DNA of 64,000 nt from Macrostomum lignano. Lineage: Eukaryota. Both the position numbers and the translations under genes were made by a program. The first letter of the stretch is position 1. Every line of letters begins with the position of its first letter. Shown here piece by piece: positions 1 to 14,193 of the stretch. The stretch lies in assembly GCA_002269645.1 (NCBI GenBank), contig NIVC01002778.1, forward strand, positions 77,238-141,237, in the 5' to 3' direction. The notes under the pieces are model-generated. The model saw nothing but the letters and a program-made list of their open reading frames with translations, did no database searches and was not told the origin of the DNA.

Positions 1-379
1 TGATTAAGTTGTCCTTGGTTTCTGTTTGTAAAATCTCAGACAGTTGCCTGCTGCAATCCCTCAACGGTGTTTCATCATGCGAATTGGATCTGATAACTGC
101 TGTCCGCGCACCCGTTAAACTCTCTGCCCCTCAGTTGTGCGATGCCTTCCCCGCTCACCCTGCAGCCAATCAGCTTGGATGCTTCTCTTTTATCAGGCGC
201 AACTCCACTCCACCCAAATATCGATTAATTAATAATACATTGACAATCAAGGCAGTGAAGTGGCCAAGCCTTCTCTTACATCCAGTGACTTTGTCTTTTA
301 CCTCTCATGACTCGAGTGACTGTCTGACAACGTGTTTTTTGTTGTTGTTATTGTTTTTTATCTCCAAAGTCAGCCTACA

Positions 380-2150
380 TTGACATCGCTAGCAGAAATG
401 TCTGTGCCTCTACAACTGCCCCCACCTTTTGGCACGGGATTGGGTACTATTTTTGCCGAGGCGCTGACGGGCAGGTGAAGAAGCTTCCGCGCTATCAGCA
501 GTTCGTCTACCTCGGCGGTCTGATGCCTGACGTTCGCGAGGATCTGCGACGTCGCCGTGGACTTGCCTGGGTTGCCTTCCGTTTCGTGAGGGCTGTCCTG
601 TAATCCGAGGCCTTGCCTGACCGCCAGAGGGCGGTGTTGTTCCAGGCGATGATCGAGACCGTCCCTAATGTACAACGCCGAGACCTGAACGCTGACGGAA
701 TCGCTCGAACAGCAGGTCGATGCAGCGCAAGATTGGCTCTATCGCCGCACCGGCCTGTCCCAGCGAACCGTTGCGCCGTCGGTGACTCCAGCTGGCAGGC
801 CATATCATCCGTGACCGGGCGCAGGTTGTTGCTGCAGACACCAGATATCCAGCTCAAAGAAGCACTGAAACAGGCCAGGGCATTCGCGGCGGTCGATCTG
901 CAATCTGAGTCTGTGAACGCAATGCGGCGTATCACCAAGCTAGACCGACCGGAGCAAACCAGAACAAAGTGAATCCGCTGTGGAGAGTCAGGCCATCGAA
1001 CGGCGAGGCGGCTAGAGGAAGGACGTGTCGGAACTGCAACACGGTTGGTCACCTAGCGAAGGCGTGCTTGTCAAAGTCTGTGAGCTTCAGAAAGGTGCAC
1101 GCTATCGCCGAGGAGCAGCCGGTTGATCAGCAACAGCGAGACAGCGACAGCAGCTGTGCTGCCCTACGCCACAACGTAAGCGACTGCCGCTCGTGAAAAT
1201 GGACATCAACGGCCACGACGCCACAGACCTGCTAATCGACAGCGGCGCCAGCTGCAAACCTGATGGACTAAATAATTCAAGGTCATCAGAGGCACGGCCG
1301 ACAACCTTCGCGAGTCAAAGCAGCGGGTCTTCCCGTTCGGCTCCAGCAAACGCCTCGCTACTCTTGGCGAAGCCACCCTTCGGACCGCCGTTTATGACGT
1401 CAGCGCCAGTCTCAGCTACAACATTGTCAAGGAGACGGGCGCACAATCGTTGGCTGCGAGACCAGCGAGGAGCTGGGAATCCTATGCATCGGACTACGCA
1501 ATCCCTGCGTCTGGCATCTAAAAGAGCTCCAGGAGCCACTCAGCGCTGCATTGGCGGCTGCGGCGACGGAGGCAGACGATCAGACAATGCCACAACAGAA
1601 GCGCCAAAGCAAAATCATCAAGACCTTTAGACAGCGATTTGCGGGAATCGGGTGTGTCAAGAACGTTGATGCCGGCATCCACCTGCAAGACGGAGCCGTG
1701 CCGATCTGCCATCCGCCAAGTCGCATCAAGTGCGCATCACACAGGATCGGAGAGATGTGAACAAGTTCGTAATGCCCGAGAAACAGCCCATACCAAATTT
1801 TGGGCATTAGCAAGGCGTTCTATCATCGCGACCTGCTGATATTCTCGACACCGAAGAGTCTAACGCGTTTGTACATGGGCTTTACGCCAGCGTCACAGAT
1901 TCAACAACGAGTCCTGACCAGCGTGCTCGACGGGCTTCCAGGATCCGCTGGGTACATGACGATATAGCACCGTCGATGAGCACGACAAGTAGCTAGCGGC
2001 AACGGCAACTTTGCGAAGGCTATAGAGAAACACAACACATCACCTTAAATCCTGCAGAGTGCAAGTTCGCACTCTGTACGAACCTATACTCAGCAACATC
2101 GAAAAGTCGCCATCACAGAAGATTCCGCCCGTGGTCGCCACTTTTGAGAG
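380..2150 (+). mobile_element. Degenerate Ty3/Gypsy LTR retrotransposon (gag-protease-RT remnant)
   Basis: CCHC knuckle CRNCNTVGHLAKAC (~1020-1065), aspartic protease motif LLIDSGASC (~1230-1256), RT N-terminal-like GIHLQDGAVPIC; many frameshifts and stops, no LTR pair found. Confidence 0.75.
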
Positions 2151-3361
2151 TGCAGGTTAAAGTCTCTCAATCTTTGCGAGTGACGCAACTTAGCTACGCC
2201 ACGCGGCAGACTTGAGTTGAGGAATGGAGTGGGGGAGCGGTGTGCGAGGGTTGGACGGATTGAAGCTGCCCCGATCAGTTTTCTTGACTTTCTTGACTAT
2301 TTACCAACACTGAAATGTCAATGTTGGTGAGTATATATGATATATGATAAGATAAAGAGACACAAAATATATTGAAAAAGACACTCATGCCACAGAATAT
2401 ATTCTGTATATTCTGTGCACCCACGCTGTCTGATAAAACCAGTCAAGTTGAGGCTGCAACTCCAAATACGATATGAAATAACAAAAATCTTTAAAGAAAC
2501 AATTGCTTAAATACTTCAGATTTAAGTGAAAAAACAGCACAAAAAACTGCGATTTATAAATGGAAATACGCCGCATGCTGCATCAAGCTGCCTTTTAGTC
2601 ATTGTTCATTGACAGGCAAATGTGCTTATGCCTGCAGCAAAGTCTGAAAATGAAAATTATATTTTTCTAGTTCACCTCTCTTGTCCGCCAGTAGGTCTCA
2701 GCAAAACACTCAAACGTGAGCAGCTTTAGGCTTTGACAGATGGAAATGCGTCAGCAAGTTTAGTGCAGCTTCTTTCTGCAGTGTCCCGCGTCTCAGAGAG
2801 CTTGAGATTCGCAAATGAGTTGATAAAAGTTCGCTCTGCAATGCCCACAGGCAAAGCTGAGGAGAGGGTATTGGAGTGAAACGGCTGCTTGACACTTGAA
2901 TAGCAAGATTTTCGTCTTTAGAATCTCAGTGCTTTCGGCTTGAATAGCTGTTTTTTATTATTAAGAAATGGGCAAGAGAGATGGCGGCTTCCACAATGGC
3001 TGACCGTCTCCATGATTGTTGCTACACCATGGGGTTGGCAGAATTTGTACAGAGACGCTGCACACAGTCAGGCCTAAGGACAAAGTCTGAGCGATGTGCT
3101 GCATAAGACCATGTGCTCAATCAAGTGCTTATGTCTCTGTTTTTCTATTGTGCTCAGGTTATAAAAGTTCGCACAGGTAGTTGAAAACTCGGAGCGTAAA
3201 TAGCCTTTGCACTGGGATGTGTGCTCACAACCAAAATTGAAATTGCATTTTGACTTAGAAACCAGGGTTGAAATCACAGCACATCTGCTGAAGCTCGTCT
3301 GCACTAAGCTCCTTGGTAATAAGGAATTTGCTTGTTAAGCCGCTTGTTAACAGCTTTAATA

Positions 3362-3367
3362 ATGAGT
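3362..3367 (+). CDS. Putative first coding exon (ATG AGT) of otopetrin-like gene A
   Basis: ATGAGT followed by a perfect GTAAGT donor at 3368, phase 0; mirrors the ATGCAG|GTGAGA first exon of paralog B at 33331. Confidence 0.45.
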
Positions 3368-3490
3368 GTAAGTTCTCAGATATGTGTTTCAATTTTCTCT
3401 CTGCTTCTGTTAGTTTCAATTTCAGCTCTCTTTATCAGAGGTATTTTCATGCGGAATTATTAATAGAAGCTCGTATTACTCCGGTTTTAG

Positions 3491-3529
3491 GAGCATCAGG
3501 AATTGCTTCCAGTGGTGGATAAAGAAGAG
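3491..3529 (+). CDS. Putative micro-exon 2 of otopetrin-like gene A (EHQELLPVVDKEE)
   Basis: ttttag acceptor, GTGAGA donor, 39 nt, phase 0/0; E-x-Q-x-L-L-P matches paralog B exon 2 (EQQPLLP). Confidence 0.5.
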
Positions 3530-3867
3530 GTGAGAAAATCGGTGATATTAAATGGATAAGGCGAGACGTACAGAAATTTAGAAGTTACTAGCAATCTAGT
3601 GCGGCCCCCCTTCGGGGCGCCCAATAAGCACGGAGCAAAAATAGTTAATGGAAAACAATTAAAAAAGCACATTTTCTTAAACACCAATTCCTTCTTAACT
3701 TTTAAAAATCACCTTATTCATGTAAAATTGTCACGGACAATGATATTTGCTATGAATCTATTTTTTTCTAAAATTAACAAATATACAACAAAATATAACT
3801 TTCACAAAGATAACAGACATTACCCCTAAATAGAAAATATTCCCAAAACAGCAAGCATCCCTCCAGA

Positions 3868-5370
3868 TAGCAAGCACCCCCTCCAAAAGTAAGCAACCGC
3901 AGATAGCAAGCATCCCCTAATACTCGTAGCAAGCATCCACCCAGATAGCGAGCATCCTGCAGACAGCAAGCATTTCCCAAATATTGTAGAATCATCCACC
4001 CAGATAGCAAGCATCTGCAGATAACAAGCATCCCCCAAATATTGTAGAAGCATCCACCCAGATAGCAAGCATCCCCCAAATATTGTAGAAGCATCCACCC
4101 AGATAGCAAGCATCCCCCAAATATTGTAGAAGCATCCACCCAGATAGCAAGCATCTGCAGATAGCAAGCATCCACCCAGATAGCAAGCATCCACCCAGAT
4201 AGCAAGCATCTGCAGATAGCAAGCATCCACCCAGACAGCAAGCATTTCCCAAATATTGTAGAAGCATCCACCCAAATAGCAAGCATCTGCAGATAACAAG
4301 CATCCCCCAAAATATTGTAGAAGCATCCAGCTAGATAGCAAGCATCCCCCAAATATTGTAGAAGCATCCACCCAGACAGCAAGCATCCCCCAGATAGCAA
4401 GCATCCACCCAGACAGCAAGCATCCTGCAGATACCAAGCACCCCCCAGATATTGTAGAAGCATCCACCCAGACAGCAAGCATCTCCCAGATAGCAAGCAT
4501 CCACCCAGACAGCAAGCATTTCCCAAATATTGTAGAAGCATCCACCCAAATAGCAAGCATCTGCAGATAACAAGCATCCCCCAAATATTGTAGAAGCATC
4601 CAGCTAGATAGCAAGCATCCCCCAAATATTGTAGAAGCATCCACCCAAATAGCAAGCATCTGCAGATAACAAGCATCCCCCAAATATTGTAGAAGCATCC
4701 AGCTAGATAGCAAGCATCCCCCAGATAGCAAGCATCCACCCAGACAGCAAGCATCCTGCAGATACCAAGCACCCCCCAGATATTGTAGAAGCATCCACCC
4801 AGACAGCAAGCATCTCCCAGATAGCAAGCATCCACCCAGACAGCAAGCATTTCCCAAATATTGTAGAAGCATCCACCCAAATAGCAAGCATCTGCAGATA
4901 ACAAGCATCCCCCAAATATTGTAGAAGCATCCAGCTAGATAGCAAGCATCCCCCAAATATTGTAGAAGCATCCACCCAAATAGCAAGCATCTGCAGATAA
5001 CAAGCATCCCCCAAATATTGTAGAAGCATCCACCCAGACAGCAAGCATCCCCCAAATATTGTAGAAGCATCCACCCAAATAGCAAGCATCTGCAGATAAC
5101 AAGCATCCACCCAGACAGCAAGCATTTCCCAGATAGCAAGCATCCCCCAAATATTGTAGAAGCATCCACCCAGACAGCAAGCATCCCCCAGATAGCAAGC
5201 ATCCACCCAGACAGCAAGCATCCTGCAGATACCAAGCACCCCCCAGATATTGTAGAAGCATCCACCCAGACAGCAAGCATCTCCCAGATAGCAAGCATCC
5301 ACCCAGACAGCAAGCATCCTGCAGATACCAAGCACCACCCAAATATTGCAGAAGCATCAACCCAGTTAGT
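3868..5370. repeat. Compound minisatellite (interleaved ~17-23 bp units, e.g. cagatagcaagcatccacc / ccaaatattgtagaagcat)
   Basis: Tandem units directly visible; the long Cys/Trp-rich ORFs on - are repeat artefacts. Confidence 0.95.
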
Positions 5371-5419
5371 AAGAATCCATAAAAAGCAAACATCCCTAGA
5401 TAGAAAGAATCCCATACAT

Positions 5420-7282
5420 ATAGCCAAGCTTATCAAGCGCAGTATTCCTTTGTTTGCCAAGCGCAGTAATCATTGGTTTATCAAGTGCAGTAATCCTTGG
5501 CTTATCAAGTGAAGTAAGTTCTGGTCTATCAAGTGCAGTAATCCTTGGTTTATCAAGTGCAGTAAGTCTTGGTTTATCAAGTGCAGAAATCCTTGGTTTA
5601 TCAAGTGCAGAAATCCTTGGTTTATCAAGTGCAGAAATCCTTGGTTTATAAAGTGCCGTAAGTCTTGGTTTATCCAATGCAGTAGTCCTTGGTTTATCAA
5701 GTGCAATAATCCTTGGTTAATCAAGTGCAGTAATCCTTGGTTTATCAAGTGCAGTAATCCTTGGTTTATCAAGTGCAGAAATCCTTGGCTTATCAAGTGC
5801 AGTAATCCTTAGTTTATCAAGTGCAGTAACCCTTTGTTTATCAAGCGCAGTAGTCCTTGGTTTATCAAGTGCAGTAATCCTTGGCTTATCGAGTGCAATA
5901 ATCCTTGGCTTATCAAGTGCAATAATCCTTGGTTTATCAAGTGCAATAATCCTTGGTTTATCAAGCGCAGTAATCTTTGGCTTATCAAGTGCAATAATCC
6001 TTGGTTTATCAAGTGCAGTAATCCTTGGCCTATCAAGTGCAATAATCCTTGGTTTATCAAGCGCAGTAATCCTTGGCTTATCGAGTGCAATAATCCTTGG
6101 CTTAGCAAGTGCAATAATCCTTGGTTTATCAAGTGCAGAAATCCTTGGTTTATCAAGTGCAGAAATCCTTGGTTTATAAAGTGCCGTAAGTCTTGGTTTA
6201 TCCAATGCAGTAGTCCTTGGTTTATCAAGTGCAGTAATCCTTGGTTAATCAAGTGCAGTAATCCTTGGTTTATCAAGTGCAGTAATCCTTGGTTTATCAA
6301 GTGCAGTAATCCTTGGTTTATCAAGTGCAGAAATCCTTGGCTTATCAAGTGCAGTAATCCTTAGTTTATCAAGTGCAGTAACCCTTTGTTTATCAAGCGC
6401 AGTAGTCCTTGGTTTATCAAGTGCAGTAATCCTTGGCTTATCGAGTGCAATAATCCTTGGCTTATCAAGTGCAATAATCCTTGGTTTATCAAGTGCAATA
6501 ATCCTTGGTTTATCAAGCGCAGTAATCCTTGGCTTATCGAGTGCAATAATCCTTGGCTTAGCAAGTGCAATAATCCTTGGTTTATCAAGTGCAGTAATCC
6601 TTGGCCTATCAAGTGCAATAATCCTTGGTTTATCGAGTGCAGTAATCCTTGGCTTATCAAGTGCAGTAATCCTTGGTTTATCAAGTGCAGTAATCCTTGG
6701 TTTATCAAGCGCAGTAGTCCTTGGTTTATCAAGTGCAGTAATCCTTGGCTTATCGAGTGCAATAATCCTTGGCTTATCAAGTGCAATAATCCTTGGTTTA
6801 TCAAGTGCAATAATCCTTGGTTTATCAAGCGCAGTAATCTTTGGCTTATCGAGTGCAATAATCCTTGGCTTATCAAGTGCAATAATCCTTGGTTTATCAA
6901 GTGCAATAATCCTTGGTTTATCAAGCGCAGTAATCTTTGGCTTATCAAGTGCAGTAATCCTTGGTTTATCAAGTGCAGTAATCCTTGGCCTATCAAGTGC
7001 AATAATCCTTGGTTTATCAAGCGCAGTAATCCTTGGCTTATCGAGTGCAATAATCCTTGGCTTAGCAAGTGCAATAATCCTTGGTTTATCAAGTGCAGTA
7101 ATCCTTGGCCTATCAAGTGCAATAATCCTTGGTTTATCAAGCGCAGTAATCCTTGGCTTATCGAGTGCAATAATCCTTGGCTTATCGAGTGCAATAATCC
7201 TTGGCTTATCCAGTGCAATAATCCTTGGCTTATCCAGTGCAATAATCCTTGGTTTATCAAGTACAATAATCCTTGGCTTCTA
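5420..7282. repeat. 24-bp minisatellite (ttatcaagtgcagtaatccttggt) with higher-order structure
   Basis: About 75 copies; variant markers recur at 528 and 552 bp spacing (22-23 monomers). Confidence 0.95.
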
Positions 7283-7364
7283 ATCCATAATCCAGGTCTT
7301 TTTAATTAGTTTTTTAATAAAAGCTTTCAATAAAAAATTTATGCTACTTTTATTCTTTTATACA

Positions 7365-7430
7365 CTACTAAGATTCGAACCCAGGTTGCTGCATTAGCAG
7401 TCCAGTGTGTTCACATCTAGGCTAGCTCTC
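7365..7430 (-). mobile_element. tRNA-derived SINE head / tRNA-like remnant
   Basis: Minus strand: A-box-like TAGCCTAGATG, anticodon-arm-like CTGGA-CTGCTAA-TGCAG, B-box GGGTTCGAATC; no complete cloverleaf. Confidence 0.5.
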
Positions 7431-7545
7431 ATTGAAATTGTAAATGAATTTGTAGCACTTATAATTCAACACTCACACCAAGTCAATAGAGTAAAAGTTA
7501 CACGAGGCAGTTATGACATAATCAATTTCTTAGGCAAGTCAGTAC

Positions 7546-8025
<480 letters not shown>

Positions 8026-8053
8026 CTATTGCTACATCGATTCCCATGCGCAG

Positions 8054-8629
8054 GCATACCAGTACACCGAGAACAAGCGCACTTTTACATGGAAGACAAA
8101 CAGCGCAGCCCAGTTAATTGGCGCTGCGCTGCCCTACGCTAAAGCTGCAGCAAAAGCCGCAGAAAAAGCTGTCGAGAACGCGAAAACGGACCACAGTGCG
8201 ACGGCAGATAGTCTGAAGGCTGCGACCAGATCGATCCAGGACGGACTGGGGTCAGCGAAAATGGCTGCTGAGGCAGCGGAGCAGGCGGCAAATGCAGCTC
8301 AACAAATGGCCGCGGCTTCTGGACAGGGCGGAGCGAGCAGGCTCGAGGCCAAAGCTAAACTTGTACAACTCACCGAATCAGCGGCAAAAGACTTGGTTCG
8401 CGCGCTCGAAGGCACGGGTGCGGTGGCGAAGACGGCCTCAGGTACCATCGAGACACCCGAGCGATTGGCCCTGGCCCACACGGCCTCAAAATTGGTGCTC
8501 AGCTGTGCCAGAGCAGCAGCAGGGATCGCCGCAGAGTCCAAGCGGCTTTCTGAGACGCTGGCCAGTCCCCAGGCGGATCAGTTCGTTCCCGGAGTGAATA
8601 AGATAAACCGAATCAATGATGGTCTCGGT
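8054..8629 (+). CDS. Ala-rich helical module 1, exon a (192 codons)
   Basis: gcgcag acceptor, open frame AYQYTENK...RINDGLG, GTAAGT donor at 8630, phase 0/0. Confidence 0.75.
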
Positions 8630-8692
8630 GTAAGTTACAGTTACAGTTTTTTATGTGCATGGCTTTTGCAATCGCTTTGCTTGCATTTATAG

Positions 8693-9184
8693 GCTGAGCT
8701 GCGATCCCAATGGGAGTCAATAATCCAGACAGTTGAGGGAGCTGCAGCTGCGGCAGAACAGACCGCCACGAGTGTCCAAGCCACTCGTTTGGAGAACACG
8801 GTTGAGACGGCAAGAAGAGCGGAAGCCGAGGCTCGAACGGCAGCGGACGTGACAAATCTGTTCTCAGTGGCGGCTGAGCACGGATTGCTGAAATTCAAGG
8901 CCGAGGCCATAAAAGCAGCGGCGGCCGCGGCGAAGAAACTGGTGACGGCTTCTGTTGAAACGGTGAAACTGGCAACCGAGGCATCCATTGCGGCTGGAGA
9001 AAACGACGCAAACGCGTGCAAATCAGCGGTCTCTGTGGCGAGTAGGTGTGCCTGTCACACTGTTAGAGCTGCGCGGCATTCGGCAGAAGCGGCTCAGTCA
9101 GCTGCCAGCAATGACCCGGACGAAACCATCGCTGTTGGGGCTGCAGATGAAGCAAAGACGGCCGTTGACGAAATCAGGAAGCTG
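8693..9184 (+). CDS. Ala-rich helical module 1, exon b (164 codons)
   Basis: Follows a 63-bp GT-AG intron (8630-8692); AELRSQWES...DEIRKL; GTGAGT donor at 9185, phase 0/0. Confidence 0.75.
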
Positions 9185-10527
9185 GTGAGTCCCATTGCGC
9201 TATTTACTGTCCCGACCTAATTCCTCGATAATTCTGTGAGACATGTTAAATGTGAGAAACCTTTCAAGATTGTCTACTGCAAAGTGCAAAAAAACTAGTA
9301 AGTTATAGGAATGCGGCCAGCACCCAAGTCTTGAACATATCGAATTATCGTCTCTCTGACTGTGAAATCGAAATTTTAGGAATGGGGATAACTTTGTGCT
9401 AGCCCTAATAAGTATGGGGTCCAACGTCCTTTCCTATGACTCCATCAGGGTATTCAAGCAAAGAATAGTGCTCAATTCCCTGCTTCAACGTCGGACATGT
9501 GCGTTTACCCAGTGCACCCGTTACAATGGCCGAGCTTCAATCCCCAACATCAACTTGGACAAGTGGCGCTCTCACAGGGACCTTTTTGAAAGCCTAGCAA
9601 GATCAGCATCCCAAGAATCATACACAACAAGCCAAACCTTCAGGAGCAGCAGAGAATGGCATTAAAGACTCTTCGAGACAATAGCAGCATTGTCATTAAA
9701 CCTGCCGACGAGGGTAGCAATATGGTCGTTATGAATCGAACTGATTACGTACTGGAAGCTAACAGACAGCTCTCCAACGGGACCTTCTACCAGCCCCTTG
9801 ACACTGCAATGAGCGCTCAAGACCTTGAAGAGGAAAAGATAATTACTCATCCTCAATACTCGCAACTGATCCCGCCGCTTATTCCTAGAGATCGTTTTTT
9901 ACCTTTTGCAAAAGATTCCCAAGGATCCCGAAGAATGGCCTATTTCTGGAGTGCCTGGATTACCTAGCGGAAAGCTACATGAGCGCCAAAATCGATCTCT
10001 TCCTACAGCCGATCGCTAAGGAATAAGACTCCTTCATCCGAGACACGGACCACTTTCAAGCGGTTATCAATGATTTGATTTTTGAAGAAGACGAAAATGT
10101 CTTTCTGGTTAATGGATGTTAAATCCCTGTCCACCAATATTCCCACTGATAAGGGGATGGACGCCATTAGAGATGCCTTTCAAAATTTTCCCCAACCTTA
10201 AGGCCGGAAAACCATCTACTTGCGCTCCTGGACATTAACTTGAGCAGGATTTGTTCTCAACGACACGCGCTTATCTTAAGTCAAAGGCACAAGCATGGGA
10301 AAGGCTTTTGCGCCATCCTACGCCAACATCTTTATGTTTGCCTGGGAATTCAAAGCTTTAGAAGCTGCTCCGTTTACCCCTCATTTTTTCAAGCGCTACA
10401 ATACATTGATGGCATTTCTATGGTTTTCCTCGGTACTGAAGTCGAATTGAAGGAGACGCACATACATCTGAATGAATTCGATAGCAACATCCGACTCACG
10501 ATGCAATACAACAGAGAGAAGATATAC

Positions 10528-13500
10528 TGTGCATCAGGCCTAGGTGTTTTAACTAGACTAGAATTTACGTGGGTGTTCAATTACCTGATATGCATCGTGC
10601 GTTCAATTATGGGGTATCGTTCCTTTTGATTGCGAGATATCAAGCGAGACTATAACTAAAACACAACAAATGGCGACGAGCGGACTCCCGTACCCAGCGG
10701 AGTTTCAACCAGTACCAGGAGAACCTCCTGTGCCATGGGCAAGGAGGATCAAGTCATATGAGAACTTCCTTGTAGCTGGAGATCTCGAAGAGGCATCAGA
10801 GAGTCGGAAAAGGCGATCCTCCTGCATCTGCTCGGTGAGGAAGGACGCCGCCGAGCTGCAAACGTCGATGCAAGCAAGTCGCTTCAGGAGACAAAAAAGC
10901 ACCGAAGGCGATTTTCTGCTCGTCGAGGAGCAGCGAGCCCAGCACGACTGCAAGAGCATCTGTGACTACGTGATGGCCCTGAGAGAACTGGCAACAAACT
11001 GCAACTATGGCACCTTCCACGACGAGATGATTCGAGACCAACTCGTGGAGAAAACCTGCGTACCTCGCATCAGGGAAAGACTTCTGATAGAGGAGGAAAA
11101 TCTGACACTAGATGACGCCATCAAGAAGGCTGAGCGAATCGAAGCAGCCATCAGGGACGCCAAGCAGGTCAGTGGCCGAGAGCTCCACGTGATGGCGCTG
11201 AGCAAGAAGCATAAGCCAGTTGCTCGCCATGAGAAGACTGCGGCACCAGGTCCAAAGTGCACTCGATGCGGGGGCAACCGCGGACACAAAGGTGAATGCA
11301 AGGCGATGGGTCAGAAATGCAGACGATGCGGCAAGATGAACCATTTCGAGGCGTATGGTGGATCCGCCATCAAGACCATCGGCAAGGTCGAGCTTCCGGC
11401 GACATTCAACGGCATCAAAACGGATGCAACCTTCTACGTCGCCGACAAGGGAGCCAACATCCTGGGTCGAGACCTGTTCCATGCCCTTGGATTTCAGATC
11501 TTCCAAGGCGACAACAAAGTATTTGGCATCAGCGAGGCGACAATTGAGCAGGATTTCCCTGGAATCTTTGACGGTCTAGGTCGATCCAAGAGCTTCATTC
11601 ACCGGACGAAGATCGACGCCTCAGTGCGGCCGGTGTCACAACCGATGCGAAAGATTCCGATTGGCCTGAAGGATAAAGTTGCGTCTGAGATTCGCCGGAT
11701 GGAGCAGCAAGGCATCATCAAGAAAGTCGTAGCCTTCGAGTGGGTCAGAAACATCGTAGTGACGCGCAAGAAGGAGTCCAACCAAGTTCGGCTATGCGCA
11801 GATCTGCGGCAGTTAACAAAGCGGTGATAACAGACCGCTACCCAGTGCCGACATCTCGGCGCGGATCAACGGCTCGAAGTGCTTCAGCAAGCTCGACCTC
11901 CGACAAGGCTATCAACAGATTCCGCTGCATCCCGACTCTCAAGGGCTGACGTGCTTCATCAGCGATTCCGGCCTGTACCAGTTCACCGTGGTACCATTTG
12001 GACTGTCCAGCTCGGGTGCCGCTTTCCAATGAGCCCGTCAGTCCGTGCTTCAAGAAGCCTCAGGCGCCATCAACATCGTGGACGACATCCTGGTGTACGG
12101 CAAGGACGAAGCGGAGCACGACAAGAACCTCAGTGAAGCCCTGTAGAGAATCCATCGCGAAGGCTTCACCCTCAATCGCGAGAAATGCAAGTTCAAACAG
12201 CCAAGCGTCGAGTTCTTCGGGCTGGTGATATCGGCTGATGGCATCAAGCCGACCAAGTCCAATGTTGACGCCATTTTGAAATTCCTGAGGCGACTTCAGT
12301 TGCGCAAATTTAATCTTTCTTGGGCGCTGTGAACTTTTTGCACAAGTTCATACCGCACTACTTTACTATTTCCGAGCCCCTGAAGCAATTGCTAAAAAAG
12401 GGGGCGGACTGGCACTGGAGCGAGCGAGAACGTACAGCCTTTTGTACACTCAAGTCAGCCGTGACAAGCAGCACAGTGTTGGCTACCCTTCGACTGCCAA
12501 GCTACCTGTAATGCAAGTTTAGACTGCCCGGGCGCGGTTCTCTGCCAAGTACAAAATGGACGTGAGGTGCCGATCGAGTTTGCATCTAGAGCTCTGAGTC
12601 CAGCGGAAAGCGATACTCAGCGGGCGAGCGAGAAGCATTGGCCTGCGTATGGAGCATCGAGCGCTGGCACTACTACCTCATGGCAGACGCGTGACACTGC
12701 GTACGGACCACAGTGTCTTTGACGACGCTGCTCGACTCCAAGGGCATGGGCCACCGGCTTCTACGCATCCATTGATGGGTCGAAAGACTGCGCGGCTATG
12801 ACATCCGGTTTGCACACATCCCCGGCGCGGAGAACCAGTGCGCAGACATGCTGTCCAGATGGGCCACAACCGAGCGAGTTCCAGCCGAGGAGACAGATGA
12901 GGAGGGCTACATCTACGCAATCGTCAACTCAAAGACAACGCTGACAGCCGATAAGCTAGCGACTGCAACCAGGGACGATGAAGAACTACAGGGGGTTCTA
13001 CGACACATCGCTGAAGGCTGGCCGACCGAGGTGATCAGTACTCTACGGCCGTACTACAACATTCGCGAAGAGCTCTTCTGCTGGAACAACGGTCAGTGCG
13101 TCGGCCGAGGCGAACGCGCGGTTATCCCAGAGTCTGCGACTTCAGGTCATCGAGGAGGTTTACGAAGGTCATCCCGGCATACTCAGGACAAAGCAGCGCT
13201 GCCGCGACACGGTCTAGTTTCCTGGCATCGATCGGCACGTAGAGGACCACGTCAAGAACTGCGCGGCCTGCACACTCGCGGAGAAGACCGGCAAGCCGCA
13301 GAACCAGTCGAGTGGCCAGAGGGACCGTGGGACAAGGTCGAGATCGACATCTTCGGCGAAATCACCGCGGCTCCTCGGCATCAGCGATACCTACTGGTAA
13401 TCCACGACCTCTACAGCAAGTGGCCGGAGATTACTGCCATGGAGAAAGTGACCTCTGCCAACATCATCAAGGCGCTGCGGAAACATCCTGGAGTATTCGG

Positions 13501-14193
13501 TCGATGGGGCGTGCCAAAAATGCTGATCAGCGACAATGGACCCCAGTTCGTCAGTGAGGACTTCGAGGACTTCCAGCGAGCGGAAGGAATCCAGCACATC
13601 CAGGGCAACGGCGGAGTCGAGCGGTTCAACCGAAGTCTGAAGGAGGGCCTTGCGGCGAACCTGAGGGCGGGAGTGAAGTTCGAGGAAGCCATCGACTTGG
13701 TGCTCAAGACCTACAGGACCAGCCAGCACGCTCTCACCGGACTGGCGCCAGATGAGCTCATGATCGGGCGCAAGCTGCGTTCCGGGCTGCAGCTGCTCAG
13801 ACCAACTCCGGTGCAACAGCGGGACAACAGCAACCTGCGAGACGCTATCACTGAGAGGCAAGCCAAGAAAGCTGACTACACCAACAAGCGAAGGCGAGCT
13901 CAGGACTCTACGCTCCAGGCCGGAGACTGGGTCTGGTGACAGACGCGGCACCGAGCGCACAAGCTGGCGACCCGACTGAAGGAACCTCTGAAGATCACCC
14001 CTCAAGCAGGGCGGAACACGTTCGTGCTTTCATGGACACCAAGTGGCAAGCGAGTCCGCTGGTGAAGTGCAACAACTCACCGGCTGACAACGGCGCGGCC
14101 GACCAATTAAGAGGACGATTTGCTCGATATACCGCTGCCGCCGGCTCCGCCCCCGCTGATGGGCGAGCCGCCACGTCCACCTGAACTTCGAAG
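10528..14193 (+). mobile_element. Mag-like Ty3/Gypsy element nested in the Penelope RT; 5' LTR present, 3' end deleted
   Basis: LTR ends ...ACACAACA at 10668 (LTR start approximate), PBS TGGCGACGAG at 10671; gag knuckles CTRCG..H..EC / CRRCGKMNHF; RT IVDDILVYG (~12073); RNase H; integrase IDIFGE, LISDNGPQF; many frameshifts; protease active site missing. Confidence 0.88.

Noticed and set aside
2225-2260. Polypurine tract plus TG as the start of a 3' LTR for the first Gypsy
   Set aside because: The downstream sequence does not match 1-379, and integrase/RNase H are missing
2729-2870. Protein-like stretch ALTDGNASASLVQLL...KAEER, and similar stop-interrupted stretches at 21060-21420 and 32980-33290
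   Set aside because: Interrupted by stops, ambiguous splice sites and no recognisable family; cannot be supported without homology searches
3774-7309. Long Cys/Trp/Leu-rich ORFs (up to 544 aa)
   Set aside because: Open in several frames only because the repeat units lack stops; no synonymous bias or splice context
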